Position numbers and translations under genes: made by a program. Below, piece after piece: positions 12,435-26,280 of a stretch of DNA of 64,000 bases (position 1 is the first letter of the stretch; every line of letters begins with the position of its first letter). This DNA is from Squalus acanthias (taxonomy: Eukaryota), in assembly GCA_030390025.1 (NCBI GenBank), contig JASTWF010000037.1, positions 124,001 through 188,000 of the forward strand, written 5' to 3'. The notes beneath the pieces were generated by a model, which was not told the origin of the DNA, did not search any database, and was given only the letters and a program-made list of their open reading frames with translations.

Positions 12435-12636
12435 TCTCTCGGCTCCCCCACAGCTCCTCGTCTCGCACCATTTGGGAGATACTCTGTGATCTATCTTTCT
12501 GAGGTGCAAAGTGGATGACCTCTGTCCTGGTCTGCACCCTACTGGTCACGCAGTGGGTCACCTGGTCACCCTACTGGAGAGCCAGCGCTGGGACCTTAAA
12601 GGAAAGATGGTCAATCAGCAATGCAAGTGTGTGGCT

Positions 12637-13624
12637 CACAATATATATGAATGATCTAGACGAGGGAACGAGATGTAATATCTCCAAGTTTGCAGATGAC
12701 ACAAAGCTGGGTGGGCGTGTGTGCTGCGAGGAGGATGCAGAGAAACTCCAGTATGATTTGGACAAGTTGGGTGATTGGGCAGATGCATGGCAGATGCAGT
12801 ATAATGTGGATAAATGCGAGGTTATCCACTTTGGTGGCAAAAACAGGAAGGCAGATTATTATCTGAACGGCAATAGATTGGGAAAAGGGGAAGTGCAGCG
12901 AGACCTGGGAGTCCTTGTGCACCAGTCGTTGAAGGTAAGCATGCAGGTGCAGCAGGCGGTTAAGAAGGCAAATGGTATGTTGGCCTTCATAGCGAGAGGA
13001 TTCGAGTGCAGGAGCAAGGATGTCTTGCTGCAGTTGTACAGGGCCTTGGTGAGACCACACCTTGAGTATTGTGTGCAGTTTTGGTCACCTTATCTGAGGA
13101 AGGATGTTCTTGCCATGGAGGGAGTGCAGCGAAGATCCACCAGACTGATACCTGGGATGGGAGGAATGACGTATGAAGAGAGATTGGGTCGATTAGGCTT
13201 ATATTCGCTAGAGTTTAGAAGAATGAGAGGGGATCTCATTGAAACTTATAAAATTCTAACAGGACTAGACAGACTAGATGCAGGAAGGATGTTCCCGATG
13301 GCGGGGGAGTCCAGAACCAGGGGTCACAGTCTAAGGATAAGGGGTAAGCCATTTAGGACTGAGATGAGGAGGAATTTCTTCACCCAGAGAGTGGTGAACC
13401 TGTGGAATTCTCTACCACAGAAGGCAGTTGAGGCCAATTCATTAAATATATTCAAGAAGGAGTTAGATATACTTCTTAAGGCTAAAGGGATCAAGGGATA
13501 TGGGGAGAAAGCAGGGATAGGGCACTGAATTTGGATGATCAGCCATGATCGCATTAAATGGCGGAGCAGGCTAGAGGGGCCGAATGGCCTACTCCTGCTC
13601 CTATCTTCTATGTTTCTATGTTTC
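12637..13624 (+). mobile_element. CR1/HER1 LINE, 5'-truncated
   Basis: IYMNDLD...KFADDTKLG...NFFTQRVVNLWNSLP; (TATGTTTC)n tail. Confidence 0.93.
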
Positions 13625-13865
13625 TCACATGGGACGTGAAGCCTGGCTTTTGAAGGCCTCTGAATGATAGGAAGACAGAAAGGCTGATGGAGTCCCCACA
13701 GCTTAGAGTGCCCGAGTCAGAGCAGGAGCTAACGTGAGGAGCGGGGGGGGGGGGGGTCTCGATTTGAACGCAGGGATTGAGGGATTACAACGAAATGTTC
13801 AGCTGTTGGCTTCTTCCTGGCATTAGGGATGGTGGGCTGTGCCCTGCTGAATGCCAGGTAGAGTT

Positions 13866-14345
13866 AGAAAGAAAGAATGTGCTTTTCTATCACCACCTTT
13901 CACAACCTCAGGAGGTCCCGCTTCACAACAACAACTTACATTTATATAGCGCATTTGACACGGCAAAACACAGCCAATGAAGTAATTTTGAAGTGGAGTC
14001 ACTGTTGTAATGTAGGAAACGCAGCAGCCAATTTGCGCACAGCAAGCTCCCACAAACGGCAATGTGATGAATGACCAGATAATTTGTTTTAGTGACGGTG
14101 ATTGAGGGATAAATATTGGCCCCAGGACACCGGGGAGAACTCGCCCTTGCTCTTCTTCAAAATAGTGGGCATGAGAGGGCGGACGGGGCCCTCGGTTTAA
14201 CGTCTCATCCGAAAGACGGCACCCCCGGCTCCCTCGGTACTGGCACTGGGAGTGTCGGCCCAGATTTTGCGCTCAGGTCTCTGGAGTGGGGCTCGAACCC
14301 ACGAACCTTCTGACTCAGAGGTGAGAGAGAGAGTGACCTACTGAG
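13866..14345 (-). mobile_element. Deu-domain SINE copy
   Basis: Homologous to 1619-2079. Confidence 0.75.
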
Positions 14346-14498
14346 ACACTCGGATGTAGGTTCAGTTATTGATGGGCAGCCCCTGAAAAGCCACAGCACA
14401 GGTAATCGTGGAGCCTGCTCGGCACAAGGCCCGATCACCACGGTGCTTCAGGTGGCTTTAGACAAGCAACAGCGGAAACCACTTCGTGAGTCAGCAGG

Positions 14499-15220
14499 GA
14501 CATAAGAACATAAGAAATAGGAGCAGGAATAGGCCACTTGGCCCCTCGAGCCTGCTCCGCCATTCAATAAGATCATGGCTGATCTTGGGCTCAAAGCCAC
14601 TTTCCCTGCCTGCTCCCCATAACCCTTCACTCCCTTATCTTGCAAAAATCTGTCTGTCTCCACCTTAAATGTATTTAATGACTCCGCCTCCACAGCTCTC
14701 TGGGGCAGAGAATTCCACAGATTTACGACCCTCTGAGAGAAGAAATTCCTCCTCATCTCAGTTCTAAATGGGCGACCCCTTATTCTGAAACTATGCCCCC
14801 GAGTTCTAGATTTCCCCACGAGGGGAAACATCCTCTCTGCATCTACCTTGTCGAGCCCCCTCAGAATCTTATATGTTTCGATAAGATCACCTCTCATTCT
14901 TCTAAATTCCAATGAGTACAGGCCCAACCTGCTCAACCTTTCCTCATAAGTCAACCCCCCTCATCTCAGGAATTAACCTAGTGAATCGTCTCTGAACTGT
15001 CTCCAATGCAAGTATATCCTTCCTTAAATAAGGAGACCAAAACTGTACGCAGTACTCCAGGTGTGGTCTCACCAATACCCTGTACAGTTGTAGCAAGACT
15101 TCCCTACTCTTATACTCCAACCCCCTTGAAATAAAGGCCAACATTCCGTTTGCCTTTTTGATTACTTGCTGATTACTTGCTGTAGCTGCATGCTCACTTT
15201 TTGTGTTTCATGCACAAGGG
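14499..15220 (-). mobile_element. CR1 LINE 3' fragment
   Basis: [19 protein letters not shown]...NFFSQRVVNLWNSLP; (TTCTTATG)n tail. Confidence 0.9.
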
Positions 15221-15226
15221 ACTCAG

Positions 15227-15658
15227 GGCAACACGGTGGCATAGTGGTTAGCACTGGTGCCTCACAGTGCCAGAGACCCGGGTTCGAATCTGACCTCGGG
15301 TGACTGTCTGTGTGGAGTTTGCACATTCTCCCCGTGTCTGCGTGGGTTTCCTCCGGGTGCTCCGGTTTCCTCCCACAGTCCAAAAATGTGTGGGTTAGGT
15401 TGATTTGGCTCTGATAAATTGACCCTTAGTGTTAGGGGGGATTAAATATGTGGGGTTATGGGGATAGGATGGGATATGTTAGGGGGAATTAAATACGTGG
15501 GGTTACGGGGGTAGGGTGGGATATGTGTAATGTGGGGATTAAAGCAGGGACAGGGTACTGGATTTGGATGATCAGCCATGATCGTATTGAATGGCGGAGC
15601 AGGCTCGACGGGCCGAATGGCCTACTCCTGCTCCTAGATTCTATGTTTCTATGTTTCT
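15227..15658 (+). mobile_element. HE1-type V-SINE (tRNA head, V-domain, HER1-derived tail)
   Basis: GGTGGCATAGTGGTTAGCAC...GGGTTCGAATC (A/B boxes); V-core TGTGGAGTTTGCACATTCTCCCCGTGTCTGCGTGGGTTTCCTCCGGGTGCTCCGGTTTCCTCCCACAGTCCAAA; tail shared with CR1/HER1. Confidence 0.88.
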
Positions 15659-15904
15659 AGTGGCCCATTTCACAAGAACATAAGAACACAAGAAACAGGA
15701 GCAGGGCTAGGCCATACGGCCCCTCGAGCCTGCTCCGCCATTCAATAAGATCACGGCTGATCATCGACCTCTACTCCACTTTCCCGCCTGATCTCCATAT
15801 TCCTCGATTCTCCTAGAGTTTCAACCCACCATCTCCAGTTGAGCCTTTCAATGTGGAAATGGTGCTTCTGTCTGACAGGGTGGTGTATTTGTTGTTTTTT
15901 CTAT

Positions 15905-16688
15905 GGGGGAAAAATTCGGTTGGTTAGCGCCTACCTTTAGTGCCTCCGGGGGGTGCTAACGGGGCGCTAGGAACTTAACGCCCGGGCGCAGCGATTTTAG
16001 CGCCGCTCGCAAAATTGACCAGTCGTTTTGCGGCGCCGCTAAACACTACCGCCACGATCTCCTGCGCCCGCAGATCGTGACGTCAGTCAAGCGTGCAGCG
16101 CCCCGGTACCGCCCCGGACCGGATATTGAGTCGTGCCGCCTGCCGCTAGGAACGACAGGTAGAGGGGAACGTTTTCAAGTCGGGAAGGGGCTGGGGGAGC
16201 GCTGTTTAAAGGCCGGGCGCTTCCTGCTTTTTCTTGTCGGCAACATTTTTGGTTTTAACGCTGTCCTAAGGAGTGTTGGTCCTCAGCACCACTTTTGAGG
16301 TTCCTAAGCACCGAGCTCTTTCCCTGGGCCTATCCATTAGTGCTTCCAACACAATCGCTTTAGAGGCCGAGATTCAAGGCTGCAATGAGCAGGGAGTGGC
16401 TGGCCAGCAAGATGGCCCCTCCCCTTTAAGAACTGGACAGTGCCAGTCTGTCTGGCTTCCATGGTAACTGGCATCGCCTGAGCTTCGGTAGCGTTCTGAG
16501 GTAGCACCTCGCTCCCTGACATTTGCGCCTTAAGAGAGGTGTGTCGCGCCTGATTTGGCGCTCAAATCACCTCCAGGGGGCGATAGAGGCGAAATTTGCA
16601 GTCGGAGGCGATAATCAGCACCGGGCGCTAAACTTTGCGCCCGGCTGATATTAGCGCCCCAACATGGGCGATACCGAATTTTTCCCCC
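15905..16688. mobile_element. Non-autonomous DNA transposon (PIF/Harbinger-like MITE)
   Basis: Perfect 16-bp TIR GGGGGAAAAATTCGGT / ACCGAATTTTTCCCCC; 3-bp TSD TAT; CpG-rich interior. Confidence 0.85.
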
Positions 16689-17143
16689 TATATCTCCACA
16701 CTCTTGCCTCAGTGAACAGGAGAGGAAGGACTCGTGCGCTGATTAACAGTCTCGGCCGCGACCTGAACCCTCCTTCCATGGCCGTAACCAGCCGATAGTG
16801 GGGGGGTTAGTCCTATACAGCGGGAGGGGTTCCTATGCTCCCACAACCTGTACGATGAGTGGGGGGCTGGGGGAAGCGCTGAGATCGAGTACTCTCGCCT
16901 CACAATGTCGAACCGCGACGTCTCAGAAATCGAGCCGGCCTCTCCTCCCCAATAATATTTGCCTATAAACAAGATTTGTGCTCAACACTATTTGTGGTTT
17001 TGTTACATAAAGCGTATCGTGTGGCACAATCTGTCCGAGCCGTGTTTAAACAGACAACAGAACAGGTGCAAGCACAACTCCCAGGAAGAATCTTCGATCG
17101 TTCAAAGTCATGTTGCGACATTGCGTCTGTTTGTGCTGGTTTG

Positions 17144-17350
17144 AATTGAGAGGTCGCACAACACCAGGTTATAGTCCAACAGTTTTATTTTAAATCACAA
17201 GCTTTCGGAGTTACAACTCCTTCGTCACTTCACCCGACGAAGGAGTTGTAACTCCGAAAGCTTGTGATTTAAAATAAAACTGTTGGACTATAACCTGGTG
17301 TTGTGCGACCTCTCAATTTTGTCCACCCCAGTCCAACACCGGCATCTCCG
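17144..17350. mobile_element. Fold-back PLE family B terminal fragment; perfect 83-bp palindrome; 12-bp TSD
   Basis: Arms 17144-17226 / 17236-17318, 9-nt loop. TSD TGTGCTGGTTTG at 17132-17143 and 17351-17362. Contains a hammerhead motif with a variant core (CCGACGA). Confidence 0.88.
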
Positions 17351-17564
17351 TGTGCTGGTTTGGCCAGAGGTGGGGGGTGGGGGTGGGGTCAAAGTTGAGA
17401 CCAGTTTTCGAAGCTGACCCCTAGCCAATGGGGAGGTGCCTGGGTGTGGACGTCACGGGATCGCAAGATAGACACGGATGAGGGAATTCACCCCACCTCA
17501 AAGAACTTACAATTCCTCCCCTTCGCCATTGCAGCAACCGACTGTTGCTTCACTGATTTCCAAG

Positions 17565-18470
17565 AACGAAAGAAAGACTTGCATTTCTATAGCGCCTTTC
17601 ACGACCACCGGACGTCCCAAAGCGCTTTACAGTCAATGAAGTACTTTTGTGAAGTGTAGTCACTGTTGTAATGTGGGAAACGCGGCAGCCAATTTGCGCA
17701 CAGCAAGCTCCCACAAACAGCAGTGTGATCATGACCAGATCATCTGTTTCAGTGATATTGGTTGAGGGATAAATATTGACCCCAGGACACTGGGGGAGAA
17801 CTCCCCTGCTCTTCCTCGAGTGGAGCATAAACGCCAGCATGGACTGGTTGGGCCGCATGGCCTGTTTCTGTGCCGTATATCCTATGAAATAGTGGCCGTG
17901 GGATCTTTTATGTCCACCTGAGAGGGCAGACGGGGCCTCGGCTTAACGTCTCATCCCAAAGACGGCACCTCTGACAGTGCAGCGCTCCCTCAGCACTGCA
18001 CTGGGAGTGTGGGCCCGGATTTTTGTGCTCAAGTCTCTGGAGTGGGACTGGAACCCACGACCTTCTTACAGGGCTTGATAGGGTGGATGCTGGAAGAATG
18101 TTTCCCTTGGCTGGGGAGTCTAGAACCAGGGACCACAGCCTCAGGATAAAGGGTAGGCCATTCAGGACTGAGATGAGAAGAAATTTCTTCACACAGAGGG
18201 TGGTGAATCTTTGGAATTCTCTACCCCAGAGGGCTGTGGAGGCTCAGTCATTGGGGATATTCAAAACAGAAGTCGATAGATTTCTGACTAGTAAAGGGCA
18301 TCAAGGGATATGGCGATAGGGCCGGTGAATGGAGTTGAGGCAGAAGATCAGCCATGATCTCATTGAATGGCGGCGCAGGCTCGAAGGGCCGAATGGCCGA
18401 CTCCAGCTCTTGTTTCTTATGTTCTTCTGGCCCAGAGGTGAGAGAGTGCGGCCCACTGAACCACAGGGTG
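17565..18470 (-). mobile_element. Deu-domain SINE interrupted by plus-strand CR1 pieces (about 17820-17885 and 18066-18425)
   Basis: SINE sequence resumes after each CR1 fragment. Confidence 0.75.
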
Positions 18471-18711
18471 ACACTGAGGGGTTGTCCCCATTCCCTGCTC
18501 TATCCTGGAGTCCATTCCATGTGCCGGTCACTCTCTGCGTGAGGACCTTCCTGATAGCCATCCTACATTGACCATTTACTGGTTGGAACCAGCGCCCATG
18601 TTTGAAGAAACTGTTTCCTCTGGTGGAGGAATCAAGATCAAGAGGACGCAATCTTAAAATCAGAGCCAGGCCGTTCAGGAACAAAATCGGGAAGCACTTC
18701 CTCACACAAAC

Positions 18712-19268
18712 AGGGTTGCCAACTCTGGCAGGACGTATTCCTGGAGGCTTCCTCACGTGATCGCCAACTGCCCGCCCTCCCACACACTCCCGCCATTGGT
18801 CACCCGACATGTCCATCCTCACAGAGCCCCGCCCCCTCCCCACCCCACACTCCCGCCATTGGTCACCCGACATGTCCATCCTCACGGAGCCCCGCCCCCT
18901 CCCCTCCCACACTCCTGCCATTGGCCGCCCGACATGTCCATCCTCATGGAGCCATGCCCCCTTCCCACTCTACACTCACACCATTGGCCACCCGACATGT
19001 CCATCCTCACGGAGCCCCGCCTTCCCTCACCGATTGGACAGCAAACAGACTCGGTGTTACCCGATTGGATGGCTCTTGACTGTCAGTCAAGCAGCCCTTT
19101 GTTCCCGCCCCCCTTATCACCAATATTTTAATAACTGATAAAAATGTTCAAAGAAAATTTAAAGAGCAGAATTATTTTTAATGCCCCTGTGATTTTTTTC
19201 TCCCGGCAGTGTCCTGGAGATTAATCTTCAATTCCTGGAGACTACAGGGCAGTCTGGAGGGGTGGTAA
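18712..19268. mobile_element. MITE-like element with GGGTTGCCAAC termini and an internal ~60-bp x4 tandem expansion
   Basis: Same family as 39448-39766 and 48810-49010. Confidence 0.6.
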
Positions 19269-19940
19269 GGCCCCCCCCCCCACACACAAAGGGTAGCAGA
19301 AATCCGGAACTCTCTCCTCCCAAAAGGCTGTGGTTGCTGGGGGGGTCAATTGGAGCTTTCAAGACTGAGAGCGAAAAATTTGTGTTGGGTAAGGTTATCG
19401 AGGGATCTGGAGCAAAGGTGGGTAAATGGAGTTGAGGTGTTGATCTGCCATGATCTAAATGACTGGCGAAGCAGGCTCGAGGGGCTGAATGGCCTCCTCT
19501 TGTTCCTCATCTCCTCGGACAGAATGGGGCTTGGTTGATGTACTAGCCCATCCCTCACATGGCCGAATAGCCTGCCGACACTCGCTACCCAAGCTCCCGA
19601 ATGGCAACCGGGCGATTGGGTGAGGGAGCAGGTGGGTGGGGGCACTTAGCGTCCATGGGCGCGGGGGACGAATGCCCACCGGGGTCAGTGCCTCGGGAAA
19701 AGGGGGAGGGGCAGAAAGCTGGAGAAGAGGGGAGGAGCCAGAAATAATGAAAGGAAGGGGTCCCTGCGGCACTTCCTCCTTCCTTTTGAACTCAACGGGT
19801 TCCGCCATTCGCTTCTCCCCGGATTTCCGGCATGTTCTGCCTGGGAACAAAATCCACTCGTGCTGTGCTGACACTCAAGAATGGGTTGTGCCCTGAACTT
19901 CTAGTTTCTGCATTCCGATCCCAGTAGGAGCCAGATAAAC

Positions 19941-22900
19941 CACAGTCCGGCACAATCAGGCACAGTTCGGCACAGTCTGGCACAGTCCAGCACAATCAGG
20001 CACAGTCCAGCAAAGTCCGGCACAGTCAGGCACAGTCAGGCACAGTCCGGTACAGTCAGGCACAGTCTGGCACAGTCCGGCACAGTCCGGTACAGTCAGG
20101 CACAGTCTGGCACAGTCTGGCACAGTCCGACACAGTCAGGCACAGTCCGGTACAGTCAGGTGCAGTCCGGTACAGTCCGGCACAGTCCGACACAGTCAGG
20201 CACAGTCTGACACAGTCAGGCAGAGTCAGGCACAGTCCGGTACAGTCCGGCACAGTCCGACACAGTCAGGCACAGTCTGGCACAGTCCGACACAGTCAGG
20301 CACAATCAGGCACAGTCCGGCACAGTCCGGCACAGTCCGGCACAGTCCGACACAGTCCGGCACAGTCCAGCACAATCAGGCACAGTCCAGCAAAGTCCGG
20401 CACAGTCTGGCACAGTCGGGCACAGTCCGGCAAAGTCCGGCACAGTCTGGCACAGTCAGGCACAGTCCGGCACAGTCAGGCACAGTCAGGCACAGTCTGG
20501 CACAGTCCGGCACAGTCCGGCACAGTCAGGCACAGTCAGGCACAGTCTGGCACAGTCAGGCACAGTCCGGCACAACCCGGCACAGCCCGGCACAGTCAGG
20601 CACAGTCCGGCACAGTCCAGCACAGTCTGGTACAGTCAGGCACAGTCCAGTACAGTCCGATACAGTCCGGTACAGTCCGGCACAGTCTGGCACAGTCCGG
20701 CACAGTCCGGCACAGTCCGGCACAGTCCGACACAGTCTGGCACAGTCTGGCACAGCCCAGTACAGTCCGGCACAGTCCGGCACAGTCTGGCACAGCCCAG
20801 TACAGTCCGGTACAGTCTGGCACAGCCCGGTACAGTCCGGTACAGTCTGGCACAGTCCGGCACAGTCTGACACAGTCCGACACAGTCCGGCACAGTCAGG
20901 CACAGTCCGGCACAGTCAGGCACAGTCCGGCACAGTCCGGTACAGTCAGGCACAGTCCGGCACAGTCCGGTACAGTCAGGCACAGTCAGGCACAGTCCGG
21001 TACAGTCAGGCACAGTTTGGCACAGTCCGGCACAGTCCGGTACAGTCAGGCACAGTCTGGCACAGTCTGGCACAGTCCGACACAGTCAGGCACAGTCCGG
21101 TACAGTCAGGTGCAGTCCGGTACAGTCCGGCACAGTCCGACACAGTCAGGCACAGTCCGACACAGTCAGGCACAGTCAGGCACAGTCCAGTACAGTCAGG
21201 CACAGTCTGACACAGTCAGGCAGAGTCAGGCACAGTCCGGTACAGTCCGGCACAGTCCGACACAGTCAGGCACAGTCCGGCACAGTCCGGCACAGTCCGA
21301 CACAGTCCGACACAGTCCGGCACAGTCCGGCACATTCCGGCACAGTCCGGCACAGTCCGGTACAGTCAGGTACAGTCCGGCACAGTCCGGCACAGTCAGG
21401 TACAGTCCGGCACAGTCCGGCACAGTCAGGCACAGTCCGGCACAGGCCGGTACAGTCAGGCACAGTCTGGCACAGTCCGGCACAGTCCGGTACAGTCAGG
21501 CACAGTCAGGCACAGTCTGGCACAGTCCGACACAGTCAGGCACAGTCCGGAACAGTCAGGCACAGTCAGGCACAGTCCGACACAGTCCGACACAGTCCGG
21601 TACAGTCAGGTACAGTCCGGTACAGTCCGGCACAGTCTGGTACAGTCTGGCACAGTCTGACACAGTCCGACACAGTCCGGCACAGTCCGGTACAGTCAGG
21701 TACAGTCCGGTACAGTCCGACACAGTCAGGCACAGTCTGACACAGTCAGGCACAGTCCGACACAGTCAGGCACAGTCCGGTACAGTCCGGCACAGTCCGG
21801 CACAGTCAGGCACAGTCTGGCACAGTCAGGCACAGTCCGGTACAGTCCGGCACAGTCCGGCACAGTCAGGCACAGTCTGGCACAGTCCGGTACAGTCAGG
21901 CACAGTCCGGCACAGTCAGGCACAGTCCGACACAGTCAGGCACAGTCCGGTACAGTCCGGCACAGTCCGGCACAGTCAGGCACAGTCTGGCACAGTCCGG
22001 TACAGTCAGGCACAGTCCGGCACAGTCAGGCACAGTCTGGCACAGTCCGGCACAGTCTGGCACAGTCCAACACAGTCCGGCACAGTCAGGCACAGTCCGG
22101 TACAGTCAGGCACAGTCCGGCACAGTCAGGCACAGTCTGGCACAGTCCAGTACAGTCAGGCACAGTCTGGCACAGTCCGGTACAGTCAGGCACAGTCCGG
22201 CACAGTCAGGCACAGTCTGGCACAGTCTGGCACAGTCCGGCACAGTCTGGCACAGTCCAACACAGTCCGGCACAGTCAGGCACAGTCCGGTACAGTCAGG
22301 CACAGTCCGGCACAGTCAGGCACAGTCCGGCACAGTCCGGCACAGTCCAGCACAGTCTGGTACAGTCAGGCACAGTCCAGTACAGTCCGATACAGTCCGG
22401 TACAGTCCGGCACAGTCTGGCACAGTCTGGCACAGTCCGGCACAGTCCGGCACAGTCCGACACAGTCCGGCACAGTCTGGCACAGCCCAGTACAGTCCGG
22501 CACAGTCCGGCACAGTCTGGCACAGCCCAGTACAGTCCGGTACAGTCTGGCACAGCCCGGTACAGTCTGGTACAGTCTGGCACAGTCCGGCACAGTCTGA
22601 CACAGTCCGACACAGTCCGGCACAGTCAGGCACAGTCCGGCACAGTCAGGCACAGTCCGGCACAGTCCGGTACAGTCAGGCACAGTCCGGCACAGTCCGG
22701 TACAGTCAGGCACAGTCAGGCACAGTCCGGTACAGTCAGGCACAGTTTGGCACAGTCCGGCACAGTCCGGTACAGTCAGGCACAGTCTGGCACAGTCTGG
22801 CACAGTCCGACACAGTCAGGCACAGTCCGGTACAGTCAGGTGCAGTCCGGTACAGTCCGGCACAGTCCGACACAGTCAGGCACAGTCCGACACAGTCAGG

Positions 22901-25900
22901 CACAGTCAGGCACAGTCCAGTACAGTCAGGCACAGTCTGACACAGTCAGGCAGAGTCAGGCACAGTCCGGTACAGTCCGGCACAGTCCGACACAGTCAGG
23001 CACAGTCCGGCACAGTCCGGCACAGTCCGACACAGTCCGACACAGTCCGGCACAGTCCGGCACAGTCCGGCACAGTCCGGCACAGTCCGGTACAGTCAGG
23101 TACAGTCCGGCACAGTCAGGTACAGTCCGGCACAGTCCGGCACAGTCAGGCACAGTCCGGCACAGGCCGGTACAGTCAGGCACAGTCTGGCACAGTCCGG
23201 CACAGTCCGGTACAGTCAGGCACAGTCAGGCACAGTCTGGCACAGTCCGACACAGTCAGGCACAGTCCGGAACAGTCAGGCACAGTCCGGCACAGTCCGA
23301 CACAGTCCGGTACAGTCAGGTACAGTCCGGTACAGTCCGGCACAGTCTGGTACAGTCTGGCACAGTCCGACACAGTCCGACACAGTCCGGCACAGTCCGG
23401 TACAGTCAGGTACAGTCCGGTACAGTCCGACACAGTCAGGCACAGTCTGACACAGTCAGGCACAGTCCGACACAGTCAGGCACAGTCCGGTACAGTCCGG
23501 CACAGTCCGGCACAGTCAGGCACAGTCTGGCACAGTCAGGCACAGTCCGGTACAGTCCGGCACAGTCCGGCACAGTCAGGCACAGTCTGGCACAGTCCGG
23601 TACAGTCAGGCACAGTCCGGCACAGTCAGGCACAGTCCGACACAGTCAGGCACAGTCCGGTACAGTCCGGCACAGTCCGGCACAGTCAGGCACAGTCTGG
23701 CACAGTCCGGTACAGTCAGGCACAGTCCGGCACAGTCAGGCACAGTCTGGCACAGTCCGGCACAGTCTGGCACAGTCCAACACAGTCCGGCACAGTCAGG
23801 CACAGTCCGGTACAGTCAGGCACAGTCCGGCACAGTCAGGCACAGTCTGGCACAGTCCAGTACAGTCAGGCACAGTCTGGCACAGTCTGGCACAGTCCGG
23901 CACAGTCAGGCACAGTCTGGCACAGTCCGGCACAGTCTGGCACAGTACGGCACAGCCCGGCACAGTCAGGCACAGTCCGGCACAGTCCGGCACAGTCCAG
24001 CACAGTCTGGTACAGTCAGGCACAGTCCAGTACAGTCCGATACAGTCCGGTACAGTCCGGCACAGTCTGGCACAGTCCGGCACAGTCCGGCACAGTCAGG
24101 CACAGTCCGGCACAGTCTGGCACAGTCCAACACAGTCCGGCACAGTCAGGCACAGTCCAACGCAGTCCGGCACAGTCCGGCACAGTCCAACACAGTCCGG
24201 CACAGTCCGGCACAGTCCAACACAGTCCGGCACAGTCCACTTCTCCGTGGGTTTTGTTCGAGAGGGATCAATAACCGTACTACAAAATGCACAGTCTGGC
24301 ACAGCCCAGTACAGTCCGGTACAGTCTGGCACAGCCCGGTACAGTCCGGTACAGTCTGGCACAGTCCGGCACAGTCTGACACAGTCCGACACAGTCCGGC
24401 ACAGTCAGGCACAGTCCGGCACAGTCAGGCACAGTCCGGCACAGTCCGGTACAGTCAGGCACAGTCCGGCACAGTCCGGTACAGTCAGGCACAGTCAGGC
24501 ACAGTCCGGTACAGTCAGGCACAGTTTGGCACAGTCCGGCACAGTCCGGTACAGTCAGGCACAGTCTGGCACAGTCTGGCACAGTCCGACACAGTCAGGC
24601 ACAGTCCGGTACAGTCAGGTGCAGTCCGGTACAGTCCGGCACAGTCCGACACAGTCAGGCACAGTCCGACACAGTCAGGCACAGTCAGGCACAGTCCAGG
24701 ACAGTCAGGCACAGTCTGACACAGTCAGGCAGAGTCAGGCACAGTCCGGTACAGTCCGGCACAGTCCGACACAGTCAGGCACAGTCCGGCACAGTCCGGC
24801 ACAGTCCGACACAGTCCGACACAGTCCGGCACAGTCCGGCACAGTCCGGCACAGTCCGGCACAGTCCGGTACAGTCAGGTACAGTCCGGCACAGTCCGGC
24901 ACAGTCAGGTACAGTCCGGCACAGTCCGGCACAGTCAGGCACAGTCCGGCACAGGCCGGTACAGTCAGGCACAGTCTGGCACAGTCCGGCACAGTCCGGT
25001 ACAGTCAGGCACAGTCAGGCACAGTCCGGCACAGTCCGACACAGTCAGGCACAGTCCGGAACAGTCAGGCACAGTCAGGCACAGTCCGACACAGTCCGAC
25101 ACAGTCCGGTACAGTCAGGTACAGTCCGGTACAGTCCGGCACAGTCTGGTACAGTCTGGCACAGTCCGACACAGTCCGACACAGTCCGGCACAGTCCGGT
25201 ACAGTCAGGTACAGTCCGGTACAGTCCGACACAGTCAGGCACAGTCTGACACAGTCAGGCACAGTCCGACACAGTCAGGCACAGTCCGGTACAGTCCGGC
25301 ACAGTCCGGCACAGTCAGGCACAGTCTGGCACAGTCAGGCACAGTCCGGTACAGTCCGGCACAGTCCGGCACAGTCAGGCACAGTCTGGCACAGTCCGGT
25401 ACAGTCAGGCACAGTCCGGCACAGTCAGGCACAGTCCGACACAGTCAGGCACAGTCCGGTACAGTCCGGCACAGTCCGGCACAGTCAGGCACAGTCTGGC
25501 ACAGTCCGGTACAGTCAGGCACAGTCCGGCACAGTCAGGCACAGTCTGGCACAGTCCGGCACAGTCTGGCACAGTCCAACACAGTCCGGCACAGTCAGGC
25601 ACAGTCCGGTACAGTCAGGCACAGTCCGGCACAGTCAGGCACAGTCTGGCACAGTCCAGTACAGTCAGGCACAGTCTGGCACAGTCCGGTACAGTCAGGC
25701 ACAGTCCGGCACAGTCAGGCACAGTCTGGCACAGTCTGGCACAGTCCGGCACAGTCCGGCACAGTCCAACACAGTCCGGCACAGTCAGGCACAGTCCGGT
25801 ACAGTCAGGCACAGTCCGGCACAGTCAGGCACAGTCTGGCACAGTCCAGTACAGTCAGGCACAGTCTGGCACAGTCTGGCACAGTCCGGCACAGTCAGGC

Positions 25901-26229
25901 ACAGTCTGGCACAGTCCGGCACAGTCTGGCACAGTACGGCACAGCCCGGCACAGTCAGGCACAGTCCGGCACAGTCCGGCACAGTCCAGCACAGTCTGGT
26001 ACAGTCAGGCACAGTCCAGTACAGTCCGATACAGTCCGGTACAGTCCGGCACAGTCTGGCACAGTCCGGCACAGTCCGGCACAGTCAGGCACAGTCCGGC
26101 ACAGTCTGGCACAGTCCAACACAGTCCGGCACAGTCAGGCACAGTCCAACACAGTCCGGCACAGTCCGGCACAGTCCAACACAGTCCGGCACAGTCCGGC
26201 ACAGTCCAACACAGTCCGGCACAGTCCAC
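19941..26229. repeat. 10-bp satellite (CACAGTCCGG and variants), about 6.3 kb, with higher-order structure
   Basis: Over 600 units. The 527-aa and 1179-aa ORFs are repeat artefacts. Confidence 0.98.
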
Positions 26230-26280
26230 TTCTCCGTGGGTTTTGTTCGAGAGGGATCAATAACCGTACTACAAAATGCA

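Noticed and set aside
15227..15300. tRNA gene
   Set aside because: The A/B boxes belong to the HE1 SINE head; there is no full cloverleaf, and it continues into the V-domain.
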